Shown here one piece after another: positions 52,819-54,572 of a stretch of 54,572 nt of DNA. The notes beneath the pieces were generated by a model. The model was not told the origin of the DNA and made no database searches. It worked only from the letters and a program-made list of their open reading frames with translations. A program made the translations under genes and the position numbers. The stretch's first letter is position 1; each line of letters begins with the position of its first letter. Source of the DNA: Bryobacterales bacterium (lineage in GTDB: Bacteria; Acidobacteriota; Terriglobia; Bryobacterales; Bryobacteraceae); assembly GCA_043785065.1 (NCBI GenBank), contig JAYVXT010000108.1:1-54572 (forward strand). The letters are read 5' to 3'.

Positions 52819-54141
52819 TTACTTGTTGCGGATTGCGAACAAGTGGCGCGCGCCGCGAATGAACAACGTGTCCCCCGACGCGGCGGGCGTGGCCATCACC
52901 GGCTCTTCCATCTTGTTCACCGCCAGTTCCTGATAGCTATCACCTGCTTTGATCACGTACACTTCGCCTTCTTCATTCGCCGCGTAGACGCGATCACCCG
53001 AAGCAATTACCGACGCGCTGGCCCCGGTCCCCTGCCCCAAGCGCTGCTGATAAACAGTAGCGCCCGTCTTCGCTTTATATACGGTAAGAATTCCTGCGCC
53101 GCGATTGCCAAACGCAAAGATGGAATCGCCGCAAGCAACGGGCGTGGACAAATACGGCGCCTCCTCGCGCATCCATGCCACCGATTGCGCCGACCCCGTA
53201 ATGTCTCCTCGCGCCCCTGGCCTGATGGCATACGCTCTGCGTTGGTTGCGGTAGTATCCGGTGAACACATAGATAAGTCCGTTCGCCGTGAACGGCGTCG
53301 GCACGGAGATCATCGAGGTTCCTTTTAGCCGCCACAATTCCTTGCCCGTTTCCGCATCGTATCCAAGCACGTGCTCCACCCCATTGGCCACCAACTCTGT
53401 GCTAACCGGCCCTTCAACAATCGTTGGGGTCGACCAACTTGGTTTCGATTCGCGCGGCGTGCGCCAAAGCTCTTTACCCGTCTGCGCATCGAAAGCGGCG
53501 ATGAAGCTGCCTTGGTGCATGTCCACCTGCAAGTAAATTTTGCCACTCCACAAAATCGGCGACGCGGCGCTGCCCCATTGATAATCGGGCACGTCGAATG
53601 CGCCTTGATCCATTGCCCCCAGGTCTTTCTTCCACAGCAACTTTCCTTTCAGGTCGTAACAATACAAGCCTTCGGAGCCGAAGAAAGCGATCAGGTGTTT
53701 TCCGTCAGTGGCAGGTGACGGGGAGGCGTAGGAGTTGTGCGGATGGCGCAACACGCGAGGCTTGCTCTTGGCCGCAAGCTGGTTCCATGCAATGCTCCCC
53801 GTCTTTTTGTTGATCGCTAGAACGCGAAATTCCTGTTCGGCTGCATCCTGGCGGTCGTCCCGCTCGCCCTTCAGTTTCGCTTCAAAAACCATATTGGAAT
53901 TGGAACTGACTGCGGTAGTGAGGAAGACAAGATCGTCCCAAATGACAGGGCTTGAGAGGCCAAGCCCGGGCATCTCCGTCTTCCAAGCGATGTTCGCGCC
54001 CGTTTCGACATTCCACTTAGTAGCTAGCTTTGTACTTTCAGCAATACCACGCGCCCCGGCGCCGCGGAAGCTTGGCCAGTTCTCAGCCGATAGCGGCAAA
54101 ATCGTGATCAGCAAAGCGGCAAGTCTCATAAGTCTTAGCAT
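52819..54141 (-). CDS. Exported PQQ-like (BamB-type) beta-propeller repeat protein
   Basis: Start at ATG 54139-54141 or 54127-54129 (MLRLMRLAALLITILPLSAENWPSFRG). Repeated propeller blades are visible (e.g. AFDAQTGKELWR, GYDAETGKELWR, VYKAKTGATVYQ). The track ORF's first 26 aa come from translating an upstream palindromic element and are rejected. Confidence 0.8.
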   Translation of the reverse strand: MLRLMRLAALLITILPLSAENWPSFRGAGARGIAESTKLATKWNVETGANIAWKTEMPGLGLSSPVIWDDLVFLTTAVSSNSNMVFEAKLKGERDDRQDAAEQEFRVLAINKKTGSIAWNQLAAKSKPRVLRHPHNSYASPSPATDGKHLIAFFGSEGLYCYDLKGKLLWKKDLGAMDQGAFDVPDYQWGSAASPILWSGKIYLQVDMHQGSFIAAFDAQTGKELWRTPRESKPSWSTPTIVEGPVSTELVANGVEHVLGYDAETGKELWRLKGTSMISVPTPFTANGLIYVFTGYYRNQRRAYAIRPGARGDITGSAQSVAWMREEAPYLSTPVACGDSIFAFGNRGAGILTVYKAKTGATVYQQRLGQGTGASASVIASGDRVYAANEEGEVYVIKAGDSYQELAVNKMEEPVMATPAASGDTLFIRGARHLFAIRNK

Positions 54142-54572
54142 ACAGCGTATCGCCGGCACGAGCGTACCCTTACGCAAAGCCTGTATGCCGTAGGGCGGAC
54201 CCCCCGGTCCGCGGCCCACGCCCTCGTCGGCCTTTTCAGGGCGCCAAAATCATCCGCCCTCTTCATGCCAATTGCTTCATCACCAATGATTCGAATCTCT
54301 TTTAACTTTAAGAACCAATTAGTTAGTGCAGTGGAAACTTTCAATCCAACACCACCAGTGCGCTACATTTAACCAGAAGACAATTTGTTGGCCAACAAAC
54401 TTCTACGCAAAAGTCCGCGCGGTAATCCATTGTTCGATAAAGTGACCGGCTGTGAAGTGACGAAGAACTCGAAGCGGTTATTAACCTGCGAAGAGGGAGA
54501 AATTACCTAGCAGCCGGAAACTTCTATGCTCAGCGCGAGGGAGAAGTGTGTCCGGGCTTGGAGCTCTACTAG

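Noticed and set aside
54142-54219. N-terminal extension MGRGPGGPPYGIQALRKGTLVPAIRC of the beta-propeller ORF.
   Set aside because: It is the translation of a GC-rich palindromic element. A proper signal peptide begins at the internal Met (54141 or 54129).
54500-54572. RNase P RNA P4-like string (GAGGGAGAAGTGTGTCCGGGCTTGGAGC) at the window end.
   Set aside because: The near-invariant GAGGAAAGUCCGGGC core is interrupted (GAAGUGUGUCC instead of GAAAGUCC). I could not build the upstream P1-P3 pairings. This is not enough to call an ncRNA.
1-54572. Search for CRISPR arrays, IS elements, integrases, tRNA/rRNA genes and prophage modules.
   Set aside because: I saw no regularly spaced direct repeats, no transposase- or integrase-like ORFs (no DDE or tyrosine-recombinase motifs), and no rRNA- or tRNA-like sequence. 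The only duplicated DNA detected is the CRTAC1 relic.

Overview
This 54.6-kb window looks like a chromosomal segment from an Acidobacteriota-type genome. The lineage is an inference from gene content: three ~1100-aa CarboxypepD_reg-type TonB-dependent-receptor-like outer-membrane proteins, an ADOP-type duplicated orphan permease, and a CRTAC1/ASPIC-UnbV protein. About 37 protein genes are supported. I found no rRNA, tRNA, CRISPR array, transposase or integrase.

Housekeeping and ordinary content:
- A partial complex I operon in the order nuoC-D-I-J-K-L-M-N-H, with no nuoA/B/E/F/G in the window.
- sseA-like sulfurtransferase, purD, trpS, a RumA/TrmA-family RNA methyltransferase, an oligopeptidase-B-like S9 peptidase and an MFS transporter.
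- A DyP peroxidase.
- A dihaem cytochrome c, PQQ dehydrogenase and D-2-hydroxyacid dehydrogenase trio.

The most unusual locus is 10503-20234. Two exported DUF4384 proteins are followed by a tightly coupled six-gene operon encoding:
1. A cytoplasmic protein with two cNMP-binding domains, a four-cluster [4Fe-4S] module and a C-terminal FHA domain. A second, degenerate FHA-like segment sits inside a cNMP phosphate-binding cassette.
2. A 5-TM histidine-rich, cytochrome-b-like membrane protein.
3. A membrane-anchored decahaem cytochrome c.
4. A PP2C phosphatase.
5. A tail-anchored Hanks-type kinase.
6. An NDH-2-type flavoprotein fused to a cNMP-binding domain.

I interpret this as a candidate transmembrane electron-transfer module controlled by phospho-threonine and cyclic nucleotides. 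I cannot match it to a characterised system.

Other points of interest:
- A gene-decay zone at 9.2-10.5 kb, holding a CRTAC1 relic and a SEC-C relic.
- An XRE plus nucleotidyltransferase toxin-antitoxin-like pair with a palindromic operator.
- A glycine-rich PGGGRGGFGGG motif shared by the adjacent cytochrome c and PQQ dehydrogenase.
- An orphan intrinsic terminator just upstream of sseA.
- REP-like palindrome clusters.

All calls come from reading the translated ORFs and the DNA by eye. No database search was run.
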